A stretch of 64,000 nucleotides of DNA, from NCBI GenBank assembly GCA_965242865.1, contig CBDETK010000013.1, forward strand, positions 2,944,001 through 3,008,000, read 5' to 3'. This DNA comes from Candidatus Latescibacterota bacterium. Its GTDB lineage: Bacteria > Latescibacterota > UBA2968 > UBA8231. This document shows positions 53,488-62,661 of this stretch, piece after piece; the first letter of the stretch is position 1, and the number at the start of each line of letters is the position of its first letter. The notes beneath the pieces were generated by a model. The model ran no database searches, was not told the origin of the DNA, and saw nothing but the letters and a program-made list of their open reading frames with translations. Both the position numbers and the translations under genes were made by a program.

Positions 53488-54323
53488 ATAAGGTGGTTCT
53501 ATCTGACTACACGGCCCGTAAAATTATGCAGCTTCGGGTAGGAACGGGCTTCATCATCGCCCTAATAGGGTTAATAGTCCTACCATTAGTCATGTCGTTC
53601 ATACCTCCAAATTCTCCAATCACTGTCAAAGGAGAAGAAGTCGCGGTGGTGGCAATAGTCCTGTCATTCATGTCGTCCATATCTCTATGGTGGAAGGTCC
53701 CTATCATCCTCATATTCCTTTTTTTATGGGGGCGGATTCGAAAAAAAAAGAATATCTGGCTGGCTGGCAAAGAAGGAGAACGCAAGGTTGAGAAGCGTCT
53801 GTCACAAAGGTTGGGGCACAAATGGACGCTGCTCTCCGGTTACAAAAGCCATAAGAACGAGATAGACCATCTTCTCGTCGGGCCGCCCGGCGTCTGCGCG
53901 TTGGAGACAAAGAATCACAACTGCACTGTGTACATCAGGGGAGACGATTGGGAATTCGAGAAGTACGACAGATATGGCAATGTCGTCGAGAACGGAAAGC
54001 TGCGGGATGGCGGTGGACAATCGCCGAGTGCTCAGGTCAACAGAGCGGTGGCATCCCTCGAAAAACATCTGTCTAACATCAAATTGATTAATCGAATCAA
54101 CCGAGCAGTAGTACTAGCGCACGACAAGTCTGAAGTAGCTAGTATCGAGAGGCCAACGGTTGATTGCATAACGACGCTACGGGAGTTAAAGGTTCAGCAC
54201 CTGTTCCCTCGACAGAATAAGCAACTCAATCCCAAGGAGACCGATAGGCTGGTACAGGCTATCAAAAAAAGCCACAAATACCACCAAGAGAAGGGTAAAA
54301 ATCGTAAAAACAAAAAGAAGTAA
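53484..54323 (+). CDS. Membrane-anchored NERD domain nuclease
   Basis: N-terminal TM segments; GKEGERKV, EIDHLLVGPPGVCALETKN, SPSAQV; low GC. Confidence 0.85.
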   Translation: MNKVVLSDYTARKIMQLRVGTGFIIALIGLIVLPLVMSFIPPNSPITVKGEEVAVVAIVLSFMSSISLWWKVPIILIFLFLWGRIRKKKNIWLAGKEGERKVEKRLSQRLGHKWTLLSGYKSHKNEIDHLLVGPPGVCALETKNHNCTVYIRGDDWEFEKYDRYGNVVENGKLRDGGGQSPSAQVNRAVASLEKHLSNIKLINRINRAVVLAHDKSEVASIERPTVDCITTLRELKVQHLFPRQNKQLNPKETDRLVQAIKKSHKYHQEKGKNRKNKKK

Positions 54324-54371
54324 GTATGACGGGGTAGGCGAACAGAGAGTGGGCTAGGCAAGGCGAAGAGG

Positions 54372-54545
54372 CTAATGTGAAGAGTCTGTGACTTCTTCCA
54401 AGTACAGCTCGGTAGCCTCTTTGAGGTTTTTCAATGCTTCATCCTCAGTCTTTCCCTGACTAACCGTGCCCACTTGGGGACAGCGAGCGACGAACAAAGG
54501 CAAATCTTCGCTCTTGGTTATTACGGCTGTAAAAAGCGTGGACAC
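54372..54545 (-). CDS. Orphan HicB-family (UPF0150) antitoxin, 57 aa, absent from the ORF track
   Basis: VSTLFTAVI...VARCPQVGTVSQGKTEDEALKNLKEATELYLEE; AAAGGAG RBS. Confidence 0.8.
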   Translation of the reverse strand: MSTLFTAVITKSEDLPLFVARCPQVGTVSQGKTEDEALKNLKEATELYLEEVTDSSH

Positions 54546-54645
54546 AAGTCTCTCCTTTGGAAAGTGTAGTTATGATACTGAACAGACCCAAGTTTATCAA
54601 GTGTTGTTGTATGAAAACACGAGGTCGTCTATGAGCGTCCGACAA

Positions 54646-55284
54646 TTACAGTATCCCATACCGATCAAAAACCTCCCTCGGCGACTGCCCGGCGGCCAGT
54701 TCATCGCGCACGACGTTTTCCCCGGCCAACTTCTCCATGGCCTTTTTTTTGACCTCGCCTTTAATTGCCGCCGGAATTACGGCCACGCCATCGTAGTCGG
54801 CTAGAATAAAGTCGCCCGGGTGAACCTGCACACCGCCGCAGGAGATCGGTTGATTGACCTTTTTGGCGAGGATGCGGCCCGCCGAATCGAGCGGCGAGTA
54901 CCCCTTGCAGAAGCAGTGGTAGCCCATGGCGTTCATCTGGCGCACATCGCGGACCAAGCCATCGGTGAGCACGGACTCGACGCCGCGCGCTTGGGCGGCC
55001 GTGGAGAGGAGCTCGCCCCACAGGCCGGAGCGCACTTCGCCATTGGTGGCAATGACGAACACGTCGCCCGGGCTAGCTTGATCGTAGGCGGCAAAAATTT
55101 GGCCGTAGGGATCGGGGTGCGGGTCGGTATCGGCGTACGCGTCGATGGTGAGGGCCGGGCCAGCGATAAAGGCGTCGGCCCGGCTGGGCCGGATATCCGC
55201 GGTCATGGCCTGATCGCGGTAGCCGAGTTGATCCATGATGTCGGTAGCCAAAGCCGAGTAGATGGGCTTCCATTCGTCGTACAT
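54646..55284 (-). CDS. RraA family / HMG aldolase-like protein
   Basis: GLWGELLS, TDGLVRD, VHPGDFILADYDGVAVIP. Confidence 0.9.
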   Translation of the reverse strand: MYDEWKPIYSALATDIMDQLGYRDQAMTADIRPSRADAFIAGPALTIDAYADTDPHPDPYGQIFAAYDQASPGDVFVIATNGEVRSGLWGELLSTAAQARGVESVLTDGLVRDVRQMNAMGYHCFCKGYSPLDSAGRILAKKVNQPISCGGVQVHPGDFILADYDGVAVIPAAIKGEVKKKAMEKLAGENVVRDELAAGQSPREVFDRYGIL

Positions 55285-55286
55285 TC

Positions 55287-55391
55287 TTAATCTCCTAGCT
55301 CTCTTAACCTGTCCGTTTCTGGCCTCTCTTGGAGCCGCACAACCGCCTCGCGGGGCGCGACGATTGGATTGGTGTCAAGAACGATCCGCAC
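55287..55391 (-). pseudogene. PIN-family toxin remnant with a large internal deletion
   Basis: VRIVLDTN N-terminus joined directly to PIVAPRE C-terminal motif; 34 aa; overlaps the antitoxin stop. Confidence 0.65.
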
Positions 55392-55593
55392 GAGCTTGAG
55401 CTACGGCTTCGTCAGCGAGGGCTTGGGCTTCCTCGGCCGAGAGGGGCTTGTTGCGTTCCCAGATGGAGTCAACAGTCTCCCAAAAGATCGCTTGGCGGAC
55501 CGCACGGGCGACAAAGCGCGATAGGTCGCCCCTTTTCCCACCCGTTCGGGCCAAATAGCTCCGAACATCGCTATGGGTTTTCCAGAATTTCAC
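55375..55593 (-). pseudogene. Ribbon-helix-helix antitoxin-like gene, N-terminus apparently damaged
   Basis: DVRSYLARTGGKRGDLSRFVARAVR...LADEAVAQAR; lies directly upstream of the PIN remnant. Confidence 0.6.
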
Positions 55594-55603
55594 GAGGGCC
55601 TCC

Positions 55604-56437
55604 TTAGCGATCTGGCCATTTGTACGCGATCTTGCTGTTTTGCCAGAAGTACTGCTCGGTCGCGCCCTTTGCGCCAAAGTACGCTTTGACAATGGAGATG
55701 GCGGCCTTGAAACGCCCCGCTCGGTCGCTGACGGGCCAGTTGCTGCCGTAGATCACCCGGTTTTGGCCAAAGGCGTCCCACATTGCGTCGAGAATCGGGC
55801 GGTAAAAGTCCAGCTCTTCCGGCACCGGCTCTACCCTGCTTTGCTCCATGATCGCCGAGACCTTCATAAAGACTTGCGCCTGCTCGGCCGCTTGAGCCAT
55901 GGCGTCCAACCACACCGGGTCGGGATCGCCGCCATCGGTCCCGACCCCGCCGCAGTGATTGATGACGATGCGGAGTTCGGGCAAGCGTCGGGCCAGTTCG
56001 GCCACTTGGGCCAAGTCCGCTGGCCCCACCAGCGCGTCGAGCGTCAAGTCTCGCACCACGAGGTGCTCCATGTCGGCGAGCAAAGACCCGGCCTCCAAGT
56101 CGGCAAAATACCCGCCGCCGCAGCGAATGCCGCGAAAGAGCGCGTTTTCCGCCAAGCGGTCGATGTCGCCTTTGAAAGCCTCGCGGTTGGGATCGACGTG
56201 GCCCACCAGCCCGACGATCCAAGGATCGGCCGCGGCCAAATCCAAAATCCACTGATTGTCCGCCAGCCACGCACTAGCTTCCACCACCACCGTCCCGGTC
56301 ACTCCTTCGGGCGCGGCCAAGGCGCGATGGTGCTCGGGCAATACCGTGCGGTAGAGCAACTCATTGTCGGCCGGCGGCCAAGGCACGCCTTCCGGCCGCG
56401 TGGGATCGTAGAAGTGGGTATGGGTGTCGATGATCAC
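55604..56437 (-). CDS. Amidohydrolase family protein (lactonase-like)
   Basis: IIDTHTHF, INH, MKVS, YGSNWPV. Confidence 0.9.
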   Translation of the reverse strand: MIIDTHTHFYDPTRPEGVPWPPADNELLYRTVLPEHHRALAAPEGVTGTVVVEASAWLADNQWILDLAAADPWIVGLVGHVDPNREAFKGDIDRLAENALFRGIRCGGGYFADLEAGSLLADMEHLVVRDLTLDALVGPADLAQVAELARRLPELRIVINHCGGVGTDGGDPDPVWLDAMAQAAEQAQVFMKVSAIMEQSRVEPVPEELDFYRPILDAMWDAFGQNRVIYGSNWPVSDRAGRFKAAISIVKAYFGAKGATEQYFWQNSKIAYKWPDR

Positions 56438-57483
56438 GATAGGCTCCTTTCCTCCATAGTGGTTTCGATGAGGGTTGCAAAAGTCTCCACGTCTTCGGGT
56501 TGGGTGTCAAAGGAGGTCATCCAGCGCACCTCGCCGCGCGTGGCATTCCAAGGGTAAAAGAAAAATTCCCGTTGCAAAGTGGGGATCACTTCCATCGGCA
56601 ATCGGGCGAAGACTGCGTTGGCCTGCACGGGGTAAATCACCTCTACCCCGCGAATGGGTCGCACTCGCTCGGCCAGCACCTGCGCCATGGCATTGGCGTG
56701 CTGGGCATTCCGCCGCCACAGATCGTCGGTCAGCAGGGCCGTAAACTGCGCGGCGATAAAGCGCATCTTAGACGCGAGCTGCATTCCCTGCTTGCGCGCC
56801 CGGCGATAGTGCGCGGCTAGCTCAGGCGCGAAAAAGACCACGGCTTCCCCCAGCATCAGGCCGTTCTTGGTGCCGCCAAACGACAGCACATCAACGCCGC
56901 AATCCCCGGTGATTTCCCGCAGCTCCAGCCCCAAGCTCACGGCTGCGTTGGCAATCCGCGCCCCATCGACGTGCAAGAGCAACCCGTGCTCGTGGGCGCA
57001 ATCGGCCAAGGCGCGAATCTCGCTGGGCGCGTACACAGTGCCCAACTCGGTCGCCTGTGTAATCGACACCACGCGGGGGCGCACTTGGTGCTCATCGCCA
57101 CGAGCCGCAATGTGTGCGGCGATTCCCTCGGGCGCGATCTTGCCGTCGGGTGCGGGCGCGGTCAGGAGCTTGACGCCGGCCACCTGTTCGGGGGCACCGC
57201 ATTCGTCGATGTGAAGATGCGCGGTGTCCGAGCAGATCACCGCGTCGTAAAAGCGCGTGAGTGCGGCGAGGGCCGTAACATTGGCCCCGGTGCCGTTGAA
57301 CGCAAAGAAAACCTCTACCTCCGATCCCAACACCCCGCGCACCAGCGCGACAGCTTCAGCCGTGTGGGGATCGTCCCCATAAGAATGCACGTGTCCCGCG
57401 TTGACCCGATGTAAGGCCGCCATGACTTCGGGATGAACTCCGGCGTGATTGTCGCTGCCAAAGCCGCGAATGCGCTCACCCAT
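56434..57483 (-). CDS. ltaE: Low-specificity L-threonine aldolase
   Basis: FGSDN, YGDD, NGTGAN, DECGAPE, LHVDGARIANA, SFGGTKNG. Confidence 0.92.
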   Translation of the reverse strand: MGERIRGFGSDNHAGVHPEVMAALHRVNAGHVHSYGDDPHTAEAVALVRGVLGSEVEVFFAFNGTGANVTALAALTRFYDAVICSDTAHLHIDECGAPEQVAGVKLLTAPAPDGKIAPEGIAAHIAARGDEHQVRPRVVSITQATELGTVYAPSEIRALADCAHEHGLLLHVDGARIANAAVSLGLELREITGDCGVDVLSFGGTKNGLMLGEAVVFFAPELAAHYRRARKQGMQLASKMRFIAAQFTALLTDDLWRRNAQHANAMAQVLAERVRPIRGVEVIYPVQANAVFARLPMEVIPTLQREFFFYPWNATRGEVRWMTSFDTQPEDVETFATLIETTMEERSLS

Positions 57484-57555
57484 TATGGCCCATGCCTTTC
57501 TCGGTCTTGTGCCTTCATGTAGATGCTGCGTAATGGACGCCTGCCAGATTGCATT

Positions 57556-57683
57556 CTAATCCGTCGGAAACGACAGCGGCATGGTCGGTGCTTGGTCCTG
57601 TCGCCGAGTGCGCGGCTCAATTTTCATCGCGTGGTATTCCTCGACAAATTCGGCCAAGTTTCGGCTCGCCTCCTCAAAGACGA
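57556..57683 (-). repeat. 128-bp duplicate of the creatininase-gene 3' end (58761-58888), including the stop codon
   Basis: 126/128 identical by manual alignment. Confidence 0.92.
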
Positions 57684-57936
57684 AGTTCCGTCAGTAGAGA
57701 GATAGACTCAAGGAATCCAATTTGTACTCGTGTTATCCGATCCAGAAATTCGCTCGCCGTCATACCTTGAAAATAAAAGAGACCCTCTTCCCGTCCACTT
57801 TGGCTTGAAAGTACACATCTATCTTGTTGTACTGAGGGCTAGGACAGGTCACGGCGCTCACGTCGCACAGCCCATTGTAGCGAGTATGACAAACGACCCG
57901 TAAGCTACCTGTCCGATCTAAATGCCGATATTGTCT

Positions 57937-58548
57937 TTACCTACGGGATCGCCGGAAACGGCGTTTCTTGGCTGGAGCCTTGAGCAGTTCCGGGTCTATA
58001 GGCGGGTCGGCCGGCGTCCTCTCCTGCTGCGGCAGATAATCGGCGTGTTTTTCCCTAAACTCAATGTCGGTCATCGTGCCTTTGGCTAGGTTGCAACTTT
58101 TACAAGCCAACTGGCAGTTTCGGATATGGTCCGGGCCGCCGCGGGTCTTTGGAATCATGTGCTCAACGTCGAGTTTGTCGTACTGGTACTCGTTGCCGCA
58201 GTAAACGCACTTACCTTGCTGGGTGTGGAACAACTGGCGTTTGTCCCGTGCCTTATGGTCATCTTCCAGCAAAGCGTCACGTTCGGCGAAGGTGTCGGCT
58301 CTGCCTGGGTCGTACTTACGGATTTCCTGCTTGTCTTCCGCTTGTTTCGATTTTTTCCTGCGTACCGCTTTGGCTTTCTTGTTGCACTCAATGCAGAGGG
58401 GGTATCTTATATCTTTAAATACCCCACACTGGGAACACTCATCAATAACGCCTTCCTGCAATCCCTCCCAGTGCTCACGGCATAAGTAGTGGTTTCTTCG
58501 TATTTTCTCAGTGCAGGATTGCTCTTTACAGATGTTCGGTGCTGGCAT
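57937..58548 (-). CDS. HNH endonuclease with Cys-rich N-terminus
   Basis: CVYC...DVEHMIPKTRGGPDHIRNCQLACKSCNLAKG; lower GC. Confidence 0.9.
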   Translation of the reverse strand: MPAPNICKEQSCTEKIRRNHYLCREHWEGLQEGVIDECSQCGVFKDIRYPLCIECNKKAKAVRRKKSKQAEDKQEIRKYDPGRADTFAERDALLEDDHKARDKRQLFHTQQGKCVYCGNEYQYDKLDVEHMIPKTRGGPDHIRNCQLACKSCNLAKGTMTDIEFREKHADYLPQQERTPADPPIDPELLKAPAKKRRFRRSRR

Positions 58549-58760
58549 GGTTGTCCTTTGATTTTGGGCTAAGTCGTCAGCCTGCTACCGGCAGAAAATA
58601 TCGAATGATAAAGGGCTTGCCAAGTACATAGGGAAGCCCTCCACGAGCCAAGGTGCTACCCGGTGGCAAGAACGTGCGAGGCTGATCAGCGGAAGAGACA
58701 TCGGGCACTAGCCAAGTCCTGTTGGAGGTCTTCCTCGGTCAGATTGAATTAAACGCGACC

Positions 58761-59624
58761 CTAATCCGTCGGAAACGACAGCGGCATGGTCGGCGCTTGG
58801 TCCTGTCGCCGAGTGCGCGGCTCAATTTTCATCGCGTGGTATTCCTCGACAAATTCGGCCAAGTTTCGGCTGGCCTCCTCAAAGACGATTTTGCCCTTCT
58901 CGGCCGTGGCCTTCTCGGCCTCGCCCATCACCCCGCTATCCGAATACTGACTCGTCCATTCGATCAAGCCCATCGGCCCGTGCCCGAACAGATCGGTGTA
59001 CACAAACTTAGAGCCGAGTTGGTTCGTCTTGGCGATCTCGCTCTTGATCTTGTCTTGGCGCACACTCTCTGGCGCGAGATACAACATCATTGAGGTCTCC
59101 AACTCGCCCGCATGCGAACAGCCGCCCGGATACACGCTCTCGCGCCACTTTTCGTCAAAGCCGGGATGGACCCGGAGCAAATGCCACCACGAGCAAAACG
59201 TGCAGCTCGCGTCGGTCTCGACGATGGTGCGCCGAGCGACCATGTCCACGAGGTTGTGGTTGGAGCCGTGGCCATTGACGAGAATAATCTTCTTAAAGCC
59301 GTGATAGGCCAAGCTCTTGGTGATGTCGAGCACGTATTGGACGAAGTGCTCGTGGTGAATGTTGAGCGACCCCGGGAAGTCCATCACGTGGTGGACGTAC
59401 CCGTAGCTCACCGGCGGCAGGACGAGGGCCAGCTCGGGCCGCAAACGAGCGGCTTCGGTCGCCACCGCGTTGGCACAGAGGTGATCCACCTTGAGCGGGA
59501 GGTGGTGGCCGTGTTGTTCAACCGACCCAGTGGGGATGATGGGGATTTTGCCCATAGCCACGGCTTGGTTGACTTCGGGCCAAGTCAGCTCGTCGAACTT
59601 GTACATTTTGGCTACGTCGGACAT
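58761..59624 (-). CDS. Creatininase family protein
   Basis: PTGSVEQHGHHLPLKVD, FPGSL, NGHGSN, HAGELETS, ATAEKG; AAAGGAG RBS. Confidence 0.92.
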   Translation of the reverse strand: MSDVAKMYKFDELTWPEVNQAVAMGKIPIIPTGSVEQHGHHLPLKVDHLCANAVATEAARLRPELALVLPPVSYGYVHHVMDFPGSLNIHHEHFVQYVLDITKSLAYHGFKKIILVNGHGSNHNLVDMVARRTIVETDASCTFCSWWHLLRVHPGFDEKWRESVYPGGCSHAGELETSMMLYLAPESVRQDKIKSEIAKTNQLGSKFVYTDLFGHGPMGLIEWTSQYSDSGVMGEAEKATAEKGKIVFEEASRNLAEFVEEYHAMKIEPRTRRQDQAPTMPLSFPTD

Positions 59625-59670
59625 GAGAGCTCCTTTCCGGCGAAAGCAGGAATCGAGTGAGGGCCTTTTC

Positions 59671-60309
59671 TCAAGGCAGGTCGAGCGTCTTGTGGATGCG
59701 GGTGGAGAGGCGCCAGCGCGGATGGCGGCGGAGTATTGCCAGAGCCTTCTGCACGTAGCGCGGCTCAGAGGATTCGGGCTGCAAATAGACGTAGTCGGCG
59801 CGGTGCTCCTCAACGCGCTCCTCGCGGAAAGCCCGGCCGACGACGTACTTGAGCTCGGTAATGCGTGCAAAACCAGCGACGACCGGGTAGCACTTAGGCG
59901 ACACGGTCCAATGGTCAATCCGCTCGAACAACACCGGGTCGGGCGCGATAGTGCCGTTGGTCTCGATGTGGAGCTTGTAGCCCGCTTCTTTGAGCCGCCC
60001 GGCCAGCACCGCGAGGTTTTGGCCCAAAGGCTCGCCGCCGGTCAAGCACACCCAGTCGGCCGGATGGTGCGCCACCTCGGCGGCAATGTCCTCGATGTCC
60101 ATAGCCGTGAAGCGGTCGAACTCGGTGTCGCAGAACGGGCAGCGCAGGTTGCAGCGCGCCAAGCGCACAAAGGTGGTAGGCTCGCCCACGCGCAGCCCCT
60201 CGCCCTCAATCGAGTAGAATATGTCGTTGACCTGCAGGACGCGCCCGGAGTCGCTCCATACCGGCAGGCGATCGACGCGCTCTTCGGCCGGCTCCGACGG
60301 GCTGGTCAC
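59671..60309 (-). CDS. queE: 7-carboxy-7-deazaguanine synthase (radical SAM)
   Basis: IFYSIEGEG, FVRLARCNLRCPFCDT, TGGEP, IETNG, VSPK; GTGA overlap with queC. Confidence 0.92.
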   Translation of the reverse strand: MTSPSEPAEERVDRLPVWSDSGRVLQVNDIFYSIEGEGLRVGEPTTFVRLARCNLRCPFCDTEFDRFTAMDIEDIAAEVAHHPADWVCLTGGEPLGQNLAVLAGRLKEAGYKLHIETNGTIAPDPVLFERIDHWTVSPKCYPVVAGFARITELKYVVGRAFREERVEEHRADYVYLQPESSEPRYVQKALAILRRHPRWRLSTRIHKTLDLP

Positions 60310-60980
60310 GGCGTCTGCTCGTACGCCAAGGGATCGCCGGCTCGGTTGGCCGCAAAAGCCGCTCGTCGCTCGCAGCAGGCGTCGCACGCGCCACAGGCCG
60401 GCCGCACACCCTCATAGCAGGAGTGGGTTTCCTCGTAGGGAACGCCGAGCTGGAGCCCGATGGCAACGATGTCTCGCTTCCACAGCTTGACAAAGGGCGT
60501 GTGGATCGTCCACGGCGCGTCGTGGGCCGCTCCCAAGCGCAGGCTCTGTTCGAGGCTGTCGAAAAAGGGGCGACGGCAGTCGCGGTAGGCCGCGTAGTCG
60601 TCTTTGACCGGCGCCATATACAGATCGACAATGCCTTGGGTGGCACAATAGGCGGCCGCGAGCGTGGCAAAGAGCATGTTGCGGAAGGGAACAATGGTGT
60701 CGCGTTGGCGTTTGGACTCAGCGGAGGGCACGTCCAGCGCGGGGTCGGTCAGGGGATTGCCGCCGAGGGCCGCCAAGTCCAAGGCGAGCGTCTCGTGGGA
60801 CGCAACCTCGGCGCGGCGGGCGAGGCGGGTGGCGCATTCGAGCTCGACGCGGTGGCGCTGGTCATAGTCAATGCTAATGGCGTGGATGGGGCCTTGTTGC
60901 CGCGCCTTGAGCCACCAGAGCAAGGTGGTCGAGTCCATGCCGCCGCTGAATAAAATGGCTGTCGTCGTCATAGTCGTCAT
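60306..60980 (-). CDS. queC: 7-cyano-7-deazaguanine synthase
   Basis: FSGGMDSTT, DYDQRH, VPFRN, YRDCR, THSCY...CGACDAC. Confidence 0.94.
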   Translation of the reverse strand: MTTMTTTAILFSGGMDSTTLLWWLKARQQGPIHAISIDYDQRHRVELECATRLARRAEVASHETLALDLAALGGNPLTDPALDVPSAESKRQRDTIVPFRNMLFATLAAAYCATQGIVDLYMAPVKDDYAAYRDCRRPFFDSLEQSLRLGAAHDAPWTIHTPFVKLWKRDIVAIGLQLGVPYEETHSCYEGVRPACGACDACCERRAAFAANRAGDPLAYEQTP

Positions 60981-61102
60981 AAGGATAAAATAGGCCCCCG
61001 CGCAAAAAGCGTAAGCCCTGCGCAAGGCGCGTACCTGTATTGACAGTAATTTGGCCCGGTTGGATATTCAAAAAATGCCAATGTATATGGATAAATCGCG
61101 CC

Positions 61103-61759
61103 ATGAGTGAGACGCCCCCGCGCCAAAGCCCGACTCGGCTACAGCGGCTTAGGCGCACGATAGTAGCCGGTCTGACGATCATCGCGCCCCTGTGGGTCAC
61201 CGGCTGGGTGCTCAAGACCCTGTTCAACTGGGCCGACGGCTTCTCCGCGCCGTTGATTCACCAACTGGCCAAGTCGTTGGGCGATCCCGAATTCCACATT
61301 CCCGGCTTGGGCTTTGTGCTGACCTTTGTCATTCTCTGGGTCGTCGGCGCGTTCGCCGCCAACGTGGTTGGTCGCAGCCTGTTGCAATACGCACGCGAAG
61401 CCTTAGAGGGCCTGCCGTTGGTGCGCACGATCTACGCGCCCGTGCAGCATCTCATGGAGTCGCTGACCTCCCCGGGCAAGGCCGGCTTCGAAAAAGTCGT
61501 GCTGGTCGAATATCCGCGCACCGGGCTGTGGACCTTGGGCTTTTTGGCCGGCGACGTCCCCCGCGAGGCCGAAGCAGTGCCCGCGCACAGCATCTTCGTT
61601 CCCACCGCGCCCAATCCCACGACCGGCTTTATGCTCATCGTGCCGCCCGAACAATTGCGACCGACCGAACTCGGCGTCGAAGAGGCCCTCAAGATGATCG
61701 TCTCGGCCGGCGTCGTCGTGCCCCCGGCCCTTTCCCTGCCTGCTGAAGAGGACGGCTAA
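61103..61759 (+). CDS. DUF502 domain membrane protein
   Basis: PLVRTIY, VVLVEYPR, FVPTAPNPTTGF. Confidence 0.88.
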   Translation: MSETPPRQSPTRLQRLRRTIVAGLTIIAPLWVTGWVLKTLFNWADGFSAPLIHQLAKSLGDPEFHIPGLGFVLTFVILWVVGAFAANVVGRSLLQYAREALEGLPLVRTIYAPVQHLMESLTSPGKAGFEKVVLVEYPRTGLWTLGFLAGDVPREAEAVPAHSIFVPTAPNPTTGFMLIVPPEQLRPTELGVEEALKMIVSAGVVVPPALSLPAEEDG

Positions 61760-61867
61760 GTCCTTTTCTTGCAATGGTCAAGTGCTTTCGTTATGCTCGC
61801 TGAGAAACTTAGAGCGTCCCTTGCGCGTCCCAATAAAAAGCCCTTCGCATATTGAGGAGATGATGCG

Positions 61868-62542
61868 ATGTTATCGTTTCTTTTTAGTCCGTTTTTCATT
61901 CTGCCGATCATCTTGGTCGGCTGGGCCCAGATGCGGGTCCGCAGAGCCTTCAACAAGTACAGCCAAGTGGCCTCGGCCTCGCGCCTTTCGGGTGCGGAGA
62001 CCGCGCGGCGCATCCTGCAACAGCAAGGCATATACGATGTGTCAGTCGAGGAGACCGGCGGGATGCTTTCCGATCACTACGATCCCCGCGCCAAAGCCGT
62101 GCGCCTCTCTTCGGACAACTTCCACGGGCATCATCTAGCCGGCTTGGCCGTGGCCGCGCACGAGGTCGGCCACGCAATTCAACACGCCCGCGGCTACCTG
62201 CCGCTCAACCTGCGCCACGCGATCCTGCCGGTCGCCAACTTGGGCTCAACGCTGGGCTTTCCCCTGATTATGGCGGGGATGTTCTTCGGGGCCGCCGGCC
62301 TAATGAATATCGGCATCCTGTTCTTCGCCGGCGCGGTGCTGTTCCAAATCGTCACCCTGCCGGTAGAGTTCAACGCGAGCTCGCGGGCCATGGCGATTCT
62401 CTCGCAGGGCTACCTAGCCAACGACGAGGTGCGCTCGGCCCGCAAGGTGCTCAACGCCGCCGCCATGACTTACGTCGCAACGGCCGCCACCGCTCTGCTC
62501 CAGCTAGCGTCCATGTTGCTCATGCGCGGCTCAGACGAGTAG
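61868..62542 (+). CDS. Neutral zinc metallopeptidase (YugP-like)
   Basis: LSDHYDP, AAHEVGHAIQ, TLPVEFNASSRA, AAAMTYV. Confidence 0.92.
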   Translation: MLSFLFSPFFILPIILVGWAQMRVRRAFNKYSQVASASRLSGAETARRILQQQGIYDVSVEETGGMLSDHYDPRAKAVRLSSDNFHGHHLAGLAVAAHEVGHAIQHARGYLPLNLRHAILPVANLGSTLGFPLIMAGMFFGAAGLMNIGILFFAGAVLFQIVTLPVEFNASSRAMAILSQGYLANDEVRSARKVLNAAAMTYVATAATALLQLASMLLMRGSDE

Positions 62543-62567
62543 CAGCCGGCGCGGCAAGCCAAGTCCG

Positions 62568-62598
62568 AGGCCCCTCCCCTTGTGGGTAGGGGCCTTTT
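62568..62598 (+). terminator. Intrinsic terminator
   Basis: aggcccct...aggggcctttt hairpin. Confidence 0.75.
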
Positions 62599-62661
62599 GC
62601 TTGTGGGCCACTCACCGCGTTTCGCTATATTAGTTCCACCTTATCACAGGAGGGTGCGAGC

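Noticed and set aside
57684-57936. Short minus-strand reading frames inside the HNH island
   Set aside because: No clear start or recognisable motif; probably gene debris.
59671-60980. queC/queE as part of a 7-deazaguanine DNA-modification (dpd) system with the nearby HNH
   Set aside because: No dpdA/tgt-like gene is present, GC is host-like, and the HNH lies in a separate repeat-bounded insertion; ordinary queuosine synthesis is simpler.
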